A DNA stretch of 59,090 nt, counting the filler. It is 7 parts of 7 records of this genome, joined end to end, with 100 filler letters (N's around TTAATTAATTAA, not from the genome) between each part and the next. Parts side by side here need not be neighbours in the genome. Positions count along the whole stretch, not along the records: positions 40,135 to 51,787 come from SRR31156797_72793; positions 51,888 to 59,090 come from SRR31156797_72903; 5 more parts are not named here. One strand, written 5' to 3'. The translations under genes were made by a program, and so were the position numbers. Positions within the stretch are counted from its first letter, which is position 1. The number at the start of each line of letters is the position of its first letter. Below the pieces are notes generated by a model. The model saw nothing but the letters and a program-made list of their open reading frames with translations, was not told where the DNA came from and searched no databases. Positions 49,456 to 59,090 of this stretch are shown piece after piece.

Positions 49456-49676
49456 GTTTTTACCTCTGGTAAATGTAAATTTCGTTAACTATCATATATG
49501 TCGCTGAATAATGACTGGGTGCATTATTAATATTTCGTTTTGAATAGTGTTTCAAGTACTAAGTGAGTTTTTAGACCCTATATATTGTCTATCAATTTTA
49601 TGGGATACATTACACTTTTTAATTACCCGTATACAGAAAAAAAGTTGAAGAAAACAGATTTTTTTTCATTATTTCA

Positions 49677-49731
49677 GATCGTGCCGGCTTTACCGGGACC
49701 TTCCGGGATGGTTTAAGTTATTCATGACTTC
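49677..49731 (+). repeat. Structured dispersed repeat, copy 2
   Basis: GATCGTGCCGGCTTTACCGGGACCTTCCGGGATGGTTTAAGTTATTCATGACTTC. Confidence 0.85.
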
Positions 49732-49999
49732 AGAATAGTCAAACTTATTGTCCCCTGTACTCTCGTGTTTCTGATAGCTCAAAAAAATTTCATTACGAAC
49801 AAAGAACAATGCAACCACCCTCCGCTAGCGGCGCGTTCCTTTTCTACTATCCTGAAGACTATTCAAATAACGCAGCTATTGATAATTGCTGAGTTCAATG
49901 TTTCAATTAAATCTGAAATTTAATTGCAATTCAGGTATCAAAACGTGATTGACTCGAATGGTCATCAAATAATTGTACAAGGTATAGTATAGGGTATTT

Positions 50000-51280
50000 T
50001 CACAGATTTCCTCGCAATCTTTCAGCATGCAGTATACTCCTAATGGCAACTTGCAGAGCTGCTTTTCTCATGCTGCATTTTTCATCGGTACAGATTTTAT
50101 GAGTATTTGCAAAGGCAGCCGTCATTATAGACTTGAGCCTTTCCAGCACTTTTTCCTCTTTCCAGTAGTCCTGATTAAGGTTCTGGATCCATTCAAAATA
50201 GCTCACAACCACGCCGCCGGCATTTGCCAGTATGTCAGGTATCACCAGTACATCCATATCTGTCAGAAGCCTGCTTGCCTCAAGGGTCGTAGGTGCGTTT
50301 GCCAGTTCTAAAACTATCTTTGCCTTAATGTCTGCTGAATTATCCTTATTGATCTGTTTTGAGAGGGCAGCAGGGATAAGGATATCACAATCCAGTACCA
50401 GGAGATCCTCGTTGCTTATTTTTGTGGTATCCGGGAAATCAAGTACAGAACCAGTACTTCTTTTGTGCTCGATAAGCGTTGGAATGTCAATACCATTCAC
50501 ATTACTGATCCCTCCGCTGGAATCACTAACAGCACATATGCGGTATCCTCTTTCATGAAGGATTTTTGCAGCATTCTTTCCAACATTGCCAAATCCCTGA
50601 ATGGCTACACAGGGTGACTCGATATCATGTTCAATGGTCTGCAGGGCCTCCTCAAGCACAAAGACTCCCCCAAGTGCCGTGGAAATGTTTCTTACCTTAC
50701 TGCCTCCAAGTTCGATGGGCTTACCTGTAACGATTGCGGGGACATGCCTGCCTTCTATCCTTTCGAACTCATCCAGTATCCAGACCATGACATTCTCATC
50801 AGTGTAGGCATCTGGTGCAGGTATATCCTTAAAAGGCCCCATGATATCCGATATTTCACGGATGTAAGCTCTTGTTATGCGTTCCAGTTCTCCTCTGCTT
50901 ATTTTCTTCGTGTCAACTACGATGCCACCCTTTGCTCCACCAAAGGGTATGTTCACAAGGGCGCATTTAATAGCCATCAGAAAAGCAAGATTCTGGAGAC
51001 CTTCCAGTTCAAGCCTGGGATGATATCTGATCCCACCTTTTGTAGGTCCCCGGGCATCGTTGTACTGGATCCTGTGACCAATAAACATCTTGGTTTTCCC
51101 CGAATCCATGCGTACCGGGAAATGAACAGTAAATGAGCGCTTCGGCATGTCGAGCAGATCGACCTCCTCCTGTGAAAGAACCAGTGTCTCATAGACATTC
51201 TCCAGTTCCATCATACACAGACTGCATGTGTTCATGCTGTCAAAGTGAATTCTTTCGATGTTGTTCGTTATCACTATCAT
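50000..51280 (-). CDS. gdhA: Glu/Leu/Phe/Val dehydrogenase (glutamate dehydrogenase)
   Basis: RGPTKGGIRYH, PFGGAKGG, DIPAPD, QGFGNVG, PDILANAGGVVVSYFEW. Confidence 0.92.
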   Translation of the reverse strand: MIVITNNIERIHFDSMNTCSLCMMELENVYETLVLSQEEVDLLDMPKRSFTVHFPVRMDSGKTKMFIGHRIQYNDARGPTKGGIRYHPRLELEGLQNLAFLMAIKCALVNIPFGGAKGGIVVDTKKISRGELERITRAYIREISDIMGPFKDIPAPDAYTDENVMVWILDEFERIEGRHVPAIVTGKPIELGGSKVRNISTALGGVFVLEEALQTIEHDIESPCVAIQGFGNVGKNAAKILHERGYRICAVSDSSGGISNVNGIDIPTLIEHKRSTGSVLDFPDTTKISNEDLLVLDCDILIPAALSKQINKDNSADIKAKIVLELANAPTTLEASRLLTDMDVLVIPDILANAGGVVVSYFEWIQNLNQDYWKEEKVLERLKSIMTAAFANTHKICTDEKCSMRKAALQVAIRSILHAERLRGNL

Positions 51281-51472
51281 TTCCCCTTTGGATTACCTAT
51301 TTGATGTTCTCATGCTAATGTACTAAAAGATATCGTAAAGATAGCTTTTCACCGAAGGCTTTTGTAATTCATATACTTGATTTTTGCAACTCAAAGACTA
51401 TATACTATCAACACAAACAGTTAAAATAACCATAGATTCAACCCTGTGGGAATCAAAAGTGGAGGTAAATTC

Positions 51473-51679
51473 ATGGACTGTGTTGTTTGTGGTATTGAAA
51501 GTGAAGGAAAGTATTGTGATAAACATGGCAAAGTGATGGACGAGCTTATCAGGACCATCGGGGAGAAACGCTGGAACGCAATGGATGATTGTTCTTTCAT
51601 TTATCCCATGGTGATCAGGGTTGCCAGAGGTGAACTCACCGTCCACGACATAATCCAGGCACTGGACGTTGAGGACTGA
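51473..51679 (+). CDS. Small hypothetical protein with N-terminal CxxC...CxxH
   Basis: GGAGGT RBS, ATG 51473, T-rich terminator after the stop. Confidence 0.75.
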   Translation: MDCVVCGIESEGKYCDKHGKVMDELIRTIGEKRWNAMDDCSFIYPMVIRVARGELTVHDIIQALDVED

Positions 51680-51787
51680 GTTACATATTTTTCCTTTCTT
51701 TTTGTAGGTGACACAGAAGAATTACTGTGGCATAGCTTAAATATAAGTCTGGAAGTTTATGGCATATGATCCTTGACATTCTGATGC

Positions 51788-51887
51788 NNNNNNNNNNNNN
51801 NNNNNNNNNNNNNNNNNNNNNNNNNNNNNNNTTAATTAATTAANNNNNNNNNNNNNNNNNNNNNNNNNNNNNNNNNNNNNNNNNNNN
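51788..51887. other. Artificial contig spacer
   Basis: N44-TTAATTAATTAA-N44. Confidence 0.99.
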
Positions 51888-52850
51888 AAGCAGGAAGAAG
51901 GCCCAGCGCGATTCGATATGGTTCGCAATGGCCTCGGCAATCTGTTGCGGGATCTCGGCCGCCGTCAGAACCCAGGCGAACAGCAGCGCCGAGGCGACGA
52001 TGAACAGCAGCTGCGAGGTCGAGACCACGGTCTCGCGCAGCACCCGGATGAAGGCCTCGAAAGGCAGCTCGCGATAGACCAGCCCGGCGATGACCAGGGC
52101 ATAGATCACGGAAACCGTGGCTGCCTCGGTGGGGCTGAAGACGCCCATGGTCATGCCGCCGACGATGATCACCGGCGTCAGCAACGGCGGCAGGGCCCGG
52201 ATGAAGGCGACCAGCAACGCCCGCCAGCCTTCCCAGGCATCGACGAAATATTTCCTTCGCACGCCGACCAGGAAGACATGGAACATCAGGCAGGCGGCGA
52301 TCAGGAAAGCCGGCAGGATGCCGCCCAGGAACAGCCCGGTGATCGACACGTTTGCCGCCACACCGAACAACACCATGGGCAGGCTGGGCGGTAGGATCGG
52401 GCCGACGGCCGCCGAGGCTAGCGTCACCCCCATGGTGAAGTCGGGGTCATAGCCCTTGTTGCGCATGGCCTTGTATTCGATCTCGCCAAGACCGGCGACG
52501 TCGGCCATCAACGATCCCGACATGCCGGCGAAAATGAGGCTCGAAACGATGTTTACATGTCCCAGGCCGCCGGGAACGCGCCCGACGACGCGGTTGGCGA
52601 AGTCGAAGATGCGGTCGGCGATCCCAGAGGCTGTCATCAGCTTTCCGGCTAGCATGAACATCGGAATGGCCAGCCAGGTAAAACTGTTCAGCGAAATGCC
52701 GATCTGGCTGACCAACAGGGAGATGGGCACATCGTCGTAGAGCAGATAGATGGCCGAGAAGAAGATGGCCGAATAGGCGACCGGGAAGCCAAACACGATG
52801 GCCACGATCTTGATGGCGATAAGGATCAGGACGAAGGTTTCAAGACTCAT
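51888..52850 (-). CDS. dctM: TRAP transporter large permease (partial)
   Basis: LAIPMFMLAG, FAGMSGS..AD, GPILPPS, FSPTEA. Confidence 0.93.
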
Positions 52851-53331
52851 CGCCGTACACCTTTTGCCCGCGTACCCGCCTGAGCAGGTTGCGCGCCGTA
52901 TAGATGGTCATGATCGAGGCCGAGATGGGCACGATGATCAGGATGTAGCGCCAGGGAATGCGTAGTGCCGGCGTCCGCCCAAAGGTCATCTCGATGGTGT
53001 TCTGCCAGCCGGCGACAATCAGGCAGACCAGGGTGAACAGAATGATCACGTCGAAGAAGCCGTAGACGATGCGCACGGTCTCGGGCGAACAGAAGTCCTC
53101 GATTAGCTCGACCCGGATATGGCCGTAACGCTTCTCGACCCCAGCAGCGCCGAGGAAGGTCATCCAGATCAGTAGATTGGAACTTACCTCCTCGGTCCAG
53201 ATGAACTGCTGGCCCAGGAGATAGCGGGTCGCCACCTGGAGGCTGGCGAGAAAGACGAAGGTCATGAGAATGACCATGCCGAGGTTTATCTCGGGCTCGT
53301 CGAGAAATTCCCGCCATGCGCGGCGTAGCAT
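52840..53331 (-). CDS. dctQ: TRAP transporter small permease
   Basis: QVATRY, WTEEVS, WMTFLGAA, HIRVE; TGATG coupling at 53329-53333. Confidence 0.92.
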   Translation of the reverse strand: MLRRAWREFLDEPEINLGMVILMTFVFLASLQVATRYLLGQQFIWTEEVSSNLLIWMTFLGAAGVEKRYGHIRVELIEDFCSPETVRIVYGFFDVIILFTLVCLIVAGWQNTIEMTFGRTPALRIPWRYILIIVPISASIMTIYTARNLLRRVRGQKVYGDES

Positions 53332-54227
53332 CAGAGTTCTCCCTTCTTCGGAAATTCGGTGCCAGCGAGCCCTGCTAGAACCGTGGCAATCCGCGATACG
53401 TTTTCGGTCCCATGGCCGAGCGCCGAACACAACTGGAAGACGTTGCGGACCGCATTGGCGGTTTGTACGGGCACTTCCATGTCACCGGAAAATTGGTTGA
53501 ACAGCCGCACGTCCTTTCCAGCCGTATCAAGTGCGAAATGAATCGCGTGGTCATCGTTAATCAGGCGTGGCGATAGCTCGTCCAGCTTCTTGCTGGCCGC
53601 GCGACTGCCATTGAGGACACGGGTGACGGTCTCGAGATCGAGCCCCGCCTTGCGGGCCACGGTGAAGGCCTCGCACAGCACCACGTGATTGCCCATAACC
53701 ACCGCATTGTTGATGAGCTTCATGGCATGGGCATCCCCGAGTCTTCCGGCCACGATGATGTTTTCGGCGATGGCGTCGAACAGCGGCCGGGCGGCTTCGA
53801 TGGTCTCCGCATCGCCGCCGACCACTAGCCTCAAGGTTCCTTCCCAGGCTGCCTCCGGTCCCATGAGCATGGGCGCATCAAGCATGAGGATGTCGCGTTT
53901 CGCCGCTCTCGCCCCGAGTGTTCTGGTCAGCGTCGGATCGCTCGTCGAGCAGTCGATCAAGATGACGCCAACCTTCGCATTGGAGATCAACTCATCGTAG
54001 ACGGCCTCGATGGCGGCAATGCTCGGAAGGCACGTGACGACGAAATCTCGAGTGGCGGCCTCTGCAACCGTTACGGCGGTGTTCGCGCCGAGATCGACGA
54101 GTGCCCCTACCGCGTCCGGATCGGCGTCATGGACAGAGAGAGAGAAGCCGGCCCGCAACAAATTGCGGCCGATCCCCCGTCCCATCAATCCGGCCCCGAT
54201 CAGGGCCACTCGTGCCTTTTCCGTCAT
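53331..54227 (-). CDS. beta-hydroxyacid dehydrogenase (HIBADH / tartronate semialdehyde reductase family)
   Basis: IGAGLMG, IDCST, LDAP, MKLINN. Confidence 0.9.
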   Translation of the reverse strand: MTEKARVALIGAGLMGRGIGRNLLRAGFSLSVHDADPDAVGALVDLGANTAVTVAEAATRDFVVTCLPSIAAIEAVYDELISNAKVGVILIDCSTSDPTLTRTLGARAAKRDILMLDAPMLMGPEAAWEGTLRLVVGGDAETIEAARPLFDAIAENIIVAGRLGDAHAMKLINNAVVMGNHVVLCEAFTVARKAGLDLETVTRVLNGSRAASKKLDELSPRLINDDHAIHFALDTAGKDVRLFNQFSGDMEVPVQTANAVRNVFQLCSALGHGTENVSRIATVLAGLAGTEFPKKGEL

Positions 54228-54931
54228 CACAGAAGTCCCAGGCGGTAGTTCTCGAGGAGTTCCATCAGCATTTGCATGTACTGCGCCCGGTGAACCCGGT
54301 GGATTTCGCGTGCCGCGTCCGGGTCTCCCCGTCGCATCGCCTCGACTAGCGCTCGGTGGTCCCGTGTGGAGCCTTCGGGCTTGGGTCGCAGGCGTAGCGT
54401 GACCCAGCGTACCCGGTGAGCCTGGTCCCACATGGCGAAGGCGAAGCGGGCCAGGCGACTATTGCCGCATTCGTCCAGCAGGATCCGGTGAAACTGGCCA
54501 TCGGCCTCGGCCCAAGCGTCAAGATCGTCGCCCACCAGCGCCGCTTCCATGTCGTCGACGGCCGTGGCCAGGGATTGAATGACAGGGCCGCTGGTCTCGG
54601 GCGGTTGTGCCGCAAGGATTTCACCGGCTGCGGTTTCGAGGACACTCAACACCTGAAAGATCTCGCGGATATCGTCCATGTTGATGGATAGAACGCGAAT
54701 GCCTCGCCGGGGCAGAACCTCGATCAAGCCGTCGTGTTCCAGTCGGATCAACGCCTCGCGCACCGGCGTTCGGCTCATTCCAAGACGCTCGGCGATCTCC
54801 TTCTCGAGGGCTACGTGGCCGGGCGGCAACTCGCCCTTGAGGATCATATCGCGCAGGCGATCGTAGGCTTGGTCATAGAGCGATCGGCCCGCCTTGCGCT
54901 CCGATATGGTTTGGGCCTGTGCTTTGCTCAT
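54227..54931 (-). CDS. GntR-family (FCD) regulator
   Basis: LGMSRTPVREAL, D.QFH, H..LVEA...D. Confidence 0.93.
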   Translation of the reverse strand: MSKAQAQTISERKAGRSLYDQAYDRLRDMILKGELPPGHVALEKEIAERLGMSRTPVREALIRLEHDGLIEVLPRRGIRVLSINMDDIREIFQVLSVLETAAGEILAAQPPETSGPVIQSLATAVDDMEAALVGDDLDAWAEADGQFHRILLDECGNSRLARFAFAMWDQAHRVRWVTLRLRPKPEGSTRDHRALVEAMRRGDPDAAREIHRVHRAQYMQMLMELLENYRLGLL

Positions 54932-55980
54932 GCGCTCGTCTCCTTAACAGGGGTCCAGCAGCCACTGTCGGCCGAGGCATAGGCTGCCTCTTCCACCGCA
55001 ACGCTGCCCAGGTACTCACGGCCCGTATTAATGATCGGTGAGCCTTCGCGAAGGTGTTGAATCACATGCGATTGCAGGGCATGGACGCAACCGGCACCGA
55101 AGCTGCCGTCATCGGTCCAGTCGTAGACATGCTCGACTTCTGGCCTCAGGTGCGGCCGCCACCACAGGCGCCCCCAACCGTCGAGCCGCAAGGTGCCGGC
55201 CTCGCCTTCCAACCACATATCGCCCATGGTCAGGCGCTGGATCTCGCAGGCATGGTCGTTACAGCGGTTGCCGTCATAAAGGCCCGTCGCGCCACAGGCG
55301 AAGTCCATGACCATGTAACCTGCGTCCTCACCCTTGATGGCCGGATTGATGCGGCGCAGCCGGGCAAAGACACCGGTGATCTCGCCCATGATCGAACGGA
55401 AGGTATCGATCATGTGGATGCCGGTTTCATGGATCAGGAATTTCTCCATGGTGGGAAAAGTCGGTTGTCGGTCGAGATAAGCGCGCCGTCCCTGACCGTC
55501 ACCGGGACGCAGTCGAAAGGCAATGGAATGGGGCGTGCCCAACATGCCGTCCCTGACCAGTCGGGCTGCCTCCTGGAACCAAGGGCGCCAGCGCGAGTTC
55601 TCATGGGCAACCAGGAGCGTGCCGTTGGCTTCGGCTGCCTCGACCACTTGAAGCGCATGGGCCATATCCGAGCCCAGCGGCTTCTGGCAGATTGTCGGGA
55701 TCTTTCGGGCCGCAACGGCGGAGACATAAGGGAGATGCGTTTCCTCCGGCGTGATGATGTCGACCAGATCCGGCTCGATAGCGTCGAGCATCGTTTCGAA
55801 ATCGCCGAACACCTCGGGGATATCCCAACGAACGGCGGCCTCGCGGGCGCGTTCCTGGCTGCGGTTACACAGCGCCACCAGTTCGACGCCGGGCATGCGC
55901 TTCCAGCTTTCGAACTGGATGTGACTGAAATAGCCGGCTCCGGCGGCCGCCACTCGAATGGTTTCCTGTTTCTTGGGCAT
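54928..55980 (-). CDS. Gfo/Idh/MocA oxidoreductase
   Basis: GAGYFS, CQKP, HENSRW, ETGIHMID. Confidence 0.92.
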   Translation of the reverse strand: MPKKQETIRVAAAGAGYFSHIQFESWKRMPGVELVALCNRSQERAREAAVRWDIPEVFGDFETMLDAIEPDLVDIITPEETHLPYVSAVAARKIPTICQKPLGSDMAHALQVVEAAEANGTLLVAHENSRWRPWFQEAARLVRDGMLGTPHSIAFRLRPGDGQGRRAYLDRQPTFPTMEKFLIHETGIHMIDTFRSIMGEITGVFARLRRINPAIKGEDAGYMVMDFACGATGLYDGNRCNDHACEIQRLTMGDMWLEGEAGTLRLDGWGRLWWRPHLRPEVEHVYDWTDDGSFGAGCVHALQSHVIQHLREGSPIINTGREYLGSVAVEEAAYASADSGCWTPVKETSA

Positions 55981-55997
55981 TGGATCCTTCAGGTCGA

Positions 55998-57089
55998 TTA
56001 AGTTTTGGACAAACGTTCGAGGACAGCCCTGGTGACTGCCGCGGAGCCGTCGTTGCCGCCGAACTCGACCGGCATGACGGTGCGGTCGGCGAACACGGCA
56101 TCAACGGTTTCGGAAATCGCGACCCCAGCGTCGGCAAGACCTGGCACTCCGTGACGCTCTCCGAGCCAGTCGAGCATCATGGCGCCGGACAGGATCATGG
56201 CGACGGGATTGGCGATGCCACGGCCGGCAATGTCTGGCGCAGAGCCGTGGCTCGGCTGGAAGACCGCCATGCGGTCACCGATGTCGGCTGAGGGCGCCAT
56301 GCCCATGCCGCCGATCAACCCGGCGCCGAGGTCGGAGAGGATGTCGCCGAACATGTTCTCCATCACAAGCACGTCGTAATCCCAGGGCTTGCGGACCATG
56401 TTCAGCGCCATGGCGTCCACATAAGCATGGTCGTTTGCGATGTCGGGAAAGGCCGCGGCGCGCTCGTCAAAGATCTGCCGGAACCATGCGAGCGAGCGGA
56501 ACACATTCGCCTTGTCGACGCACGTGACGTGCCCTGGGAAACCCCGCGCCTTGCGGTGTCCTGCTAAGCGGAATGCGAAGTCGAACAGGCGCTCGCAGAC
56601 GTTACGAGAAATTTCCATGGTGTCGCGGGCCACGCCTTTTTCATCGATGGTGCCCTTGCCACGAGCCGCGAACAGACCTTCGGTGGATTCACGGATGATG
56701 ACAAAATCCATGCCCTTGGCGCGCGGGTCGCCGAGCGGCGTCGGCCCGCCCGGCACCAATCGGATCGGCCGCACCCCGGCATAAAGGCCGTAATGGAGGC
56801 GCAGGTCCAACTGCGGCGCGATTTCGGTGCCATCCGGATAGCGCACGTCGGGCAGACCCATGGCACCGAACAGAATTGCTTCGGCTTTCTCCGTTGCAGA
56901 CAGGACCTCTTCGGCCATCGCGGCGCCGGTACGCCGATAGGCTTCGGCCCCAGCATTATAGGTCTCGAAATGAAGAACCGTGCTGCTGAACCGGGGAATG
57001 ACGACATCAAGAACCGCAAGGCAGCAGTCCATGACCTCGACCCCGATCCCGTCTCCGGGCATGACGGCAATGGATAGATCTGATTTCAT
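55998..57089 (-). CDS. Isocitrate/isopropylmalate/tartrate dehydrogenase family beta-decarboxylating dehydrogenase
   Basis: PGDGIG.EV, DKANV, ENMFGDILSDL, HGSAPDIAG. Confidence 0.92.
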   Translation of the reverse strand: MKSDLSIAVMPGDGIGVEVMDCCLAVLDVVIPRFSSTVLHFETYNAGAEAYRRTGAAMAEEVLSATEKAEAILFGAMGLPDVRYPDGTEIAPQLDLRLHYGLYAGVRPIRLVPGGPTPLGDPRAKGMDFVIIRESTEGLFAARGKGTIDEKGVARDTMEISRNVCERLFDFAFRLAGHRKARGFPGHVTCVDKANVFRSLAWFRQIFDERAAAFPDIANDHAYVDAMALNMVRKPWDYDVLVMENMFGDILSDLGAGLIGGMGMAPSADIGDRMAVFQPSHGSAPDIAGRGIANPVAMILSGAMMLDWLGERHGVPGLADAGVAISETVDAVFADRTVMPVEFGGNDGSAAVTRAVLERLSKT

Positions 57090-57119
57090 GCCCCTCTCCT
57101 CGCCAACCGTTCGGGCGAC

Positions 57120-57172
57120 ATCTAAACATGCATTTATATATTAGTCAATAAATGCTTTAATTTATAAATTAA
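57120..57172. promoter_or_regulatory. Divergent promoter region with palindromes
   Basis: Minus-strand TTGACT-17-TTAGAT; GCATTTAT-N10-ATAAATGC (57130-57155); perfect TTAATTTATAAATTAA (57157-57172). Confidence 0.55.
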
Positions 57173-57219
57173 CTGGATTAAAGTCGCTTCAACACGGTTT
57201 CGAGCACAGGAAGGGCGTC

Positions 57220-58059
57220 ATGCGAAACGAGACTGAAACGGTTTCCGTCGGCGGCTCGGAGGTTCTGGTAACGCGGCGTTCAGGACGCCCGTTGCTGCTC
57301 CTGACACGAATGGCGTCGCGGGGAATGGGGGTATGGGACACGGTCTGGAATTCGCTGGCCGAACGCTTCTCGGTCGCCAATTTCGACCTTCGCATGCCGT
57401 CATCTCAAGGGCTGGACAATCCCGCCAAGGTGTTCCGCGACTACGCCGCCCAATGCCGCGAGGTCGCAGAGGATCTGGGCTTCGACGGCTTCCATGTTCT
57501 CGGATGGAACGGCGGCAGCCACGTAGCGCTGCAATGCGCCGTCGACCACGGCGATACGGTGCGGTCCTGCATCCTGGTCGGGGCTTTTTGCCGCCTGCCC
57601 GATATGCGGCGGATCGAAGCAGGAATTGAGTTCATGCGAACCATGTTCGAAAATCCCGACCGCAAACTCTATGCGCTTTATTGGCTGCTGGCCGGCCTTT
57701 CTCCGGCCTTCGTCGAACGCAACTTCTCCCAAGTCGAGACCTGGGCCGAGGCGCGAGTCGGCGGTGACCGATTCGTGTCGCAGGACGGTGAGCGGGTGAT
57801 GAAATGGGTGCGGGCCTTGCGTAACAATTGGGTGTCCGAGAACGCCATGGCCGCCGTCACATCGCCGACCTTGATCGTTGCTCCAAACCTGGACCCGTGG
57901 AACGCCGGGCCGACGGTCGAGATGGCCCGAAGGGTCCATACAGCCATCCCGGGATCGCGGCTGGAAATTATGGAGAACGCCGGTTCTCTGATCCCGCTTG
58001 AGGATCCGCAACGCTTCCTGGATGTCCTCACTCCATTTCTGCGGGAGGTCGCCCCCTGA
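57220..58059 (+). CDS. alpha/beta-hydrolase fold protein with degenerate catalytic triad
   Basis: FSVANFDLR, HVLGWNGGS elbow, PTLIV...D, ENAGSLIPLEDP. Confidence 0.85.
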   Translation: MRNETETVSVGGSEVLVTRRSGRPLLLLTRMASRGMGVWDTVWNSLAERFSVANFDLRMPSSQGLDNPAKVFRDYAAQCREVAEDLGFDGFHVLGWNGGSHVALQCAVDHGDTVRSCILVGAFCRLPDMRRIEAGIEFMRTMFENPDRKLYALYWLLAGLSPAFVERNFSQVETWAEARVGGDRFVSQDGERVMKWVRALRNNWVSENAMAAVTSPTLIVAPNLDPWNAGPTVEMARRVHTAIPGSRLEIMENAGSLIPLEDPQRFLDVLTPFLREVAP

Positions 58060-59030
58060 TGCAGCTCTCCCTCGACGATTTGACCTTCATCGGCGAAGGC
58101 CTCGACCGCCCCGAATGCGTCCTGGCAACACGTTCCGGCAAACTGTTCGTCCCCGATTGGAAGGGAAATGGCGTCAAGATCATACATTCGGATGGCCGCC
58201 AAACTCTAATCTCCGGCTACGGCGATGGGCCCAATAGCGGTGTCAAAGCCAACGGCATTGCCTTGCGGCGCGATGGCTCCATGCTGCTGGCCCAGCTTGA
58301 CGACCACGAGGGAGGTGTCTGGGCGATGGACCCTGCCGGCGAATTGACCCCTTGGCTGACTGATGTGGATGGCGTCCCGCTTCCACCGACAAATTTCGTC
58401 ATCGAGGATTCCAAGGGCCGGGTCTGGATCACGGTCAGCACCCGCTTGATCCCGCGCGGCCCGGCACGTCGGTCCGATATCGCCGACGGCTTCATCGTCC
58501 TCGTCGATGGCCAAGGCCCTCGCATCGTTGCCGACGGCATTGCCTTTACCAACGAGGCCAAGGTCGACCCCAGCGGCGAATGGCTTTACGTCAACGAGAC
58601 TTTCGGCAGGCGGCTCAGCCGCTATTCGATCCGACCCGACAATGAGCTTGGGATTCGCCAAACCGTCGCCGAGTTCGTCGACGGCACCTATCCGGACGGA
58701 CTGGAATTCGACGTCGAGGGCAGCGTTTGGATCACCAGCGTGTTCAGCAACCGTGTCCTTCGAATTACTTTCGACGGTGAAATCCAGACCGTTCTGGAAG
58801 ACAACGACCCTGCCTTCGTTGCAGAGATCGACCGCGATTTCCGTTCCGGTGCCTTGGCCCACCGTCCGCCGGGGCCCGTTCCCGGTCGCTTCTTGCGTAA
58901 TGTTTCAAGCATCGCCTTCGGAGGTCCCGATCTTAAAACGGCGTATCTCGGTTGCCTGCAAGGCGACCAAATCGCCTCTTTCAGATCCCCGGTCGCCGGT
59001 GCCAAACCGCCCCATTGGCGCTATGCCTGA
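58059..59030 (+). CDS. SMP-30/gluconolactonase/LRE family protein
   Basis: LDRPECV, PTNFV, FTNE, YPDGL.FD.EG, SSIAFGGPDLKT. Confidence 0.9.
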   Translation: MQLSLDDLTFIGEGLDRPECVLATRSGKLFVPDWKGNGVKIIHSDGRQTLISGYGDGPNSGVKANGIALRRDGSMLLAQLDDHEGGVWAMDPAGELTPWLTDVDGVPLPPTNFVIEDSKGRVWITVSTRLIPRGPARRSDIADGFIVLVDGQGPRIVADGIAFTNEAKVDPSGEWLYVNETFGRRLSRYSIRPDNELGIRQTVAEFVDGTYPDGLEFDVEGSVWITSVFSNRVLRITFDGEIQTVLEDNDPAFVAEIDRDFRSGALAHRPPGPVPGRFLRNVSSIAFGGPDLKTAYLGCLQGDQIASFRSPVAGAKPPHWRYA

Positions 59031-59090
59031 AACGGGCAGTGTCAGTGGAAAATCACTTGGGGACGTTTGGCGCTCCTCATAGCTTCCTCG

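Overview
The window is not one locus. It is seven unrelated contigs joined by identical artificial 100-nt spacers (44 N + TTAATTAATTAA + 44 N). Taxonomic labels below are inferred from gene content. Contigs 1-3 (1-5708, 5809-11734, 11835-19915) look like Desulfobacteraceae-type sulfate reducers. They carry a deletion-riddled RND efflux/kinase/Vat fossil, a TetR-controlled redox island with an unannotated UGA-selenocysteine peroxiredoxin-like gene and its SECIS hairpin, a che cluster, and a cobalamin riboswitch ahead of an SSS symporter plus a BzaC-like O-methyltransferase. Contig 4 (20016-31031) is spirochaete-like (Ste24 peptidase, small Zn-finger protein, Mla/MCE operon, membrane PPase). Contig 5 (31132-40034) is Desulfovibrionaceae-like (metXW, metal-sensing MarR plus His-rich permease, MscS, UbiA, DksA, PHP-GT4 fusion). 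Contig 6 (40135-51787) is a Methanosarcinaceae archaeon. Contig 7 (51888-59090) is an alphaproteobacterial TRAP/organic-acid catabolic cluster. The best candidate for an undescribed system is in contig 6: two adjacent, otherwise unrelated AT-rich genes (a membrane-anchored PEGA protein and a HEAT-repeat protein) share a 22-aa motif (15/22 identical, with synonymous codon divergence) that resembles a homotypic/amyloid signalling motif. Contig 6 also has a twice-repeated structured ~55-nt element and a candidate C-rich sRNA. No CRISPR array, rRNA or tRNA was seen. All family calls come from motif recognition by eye, with no database search.
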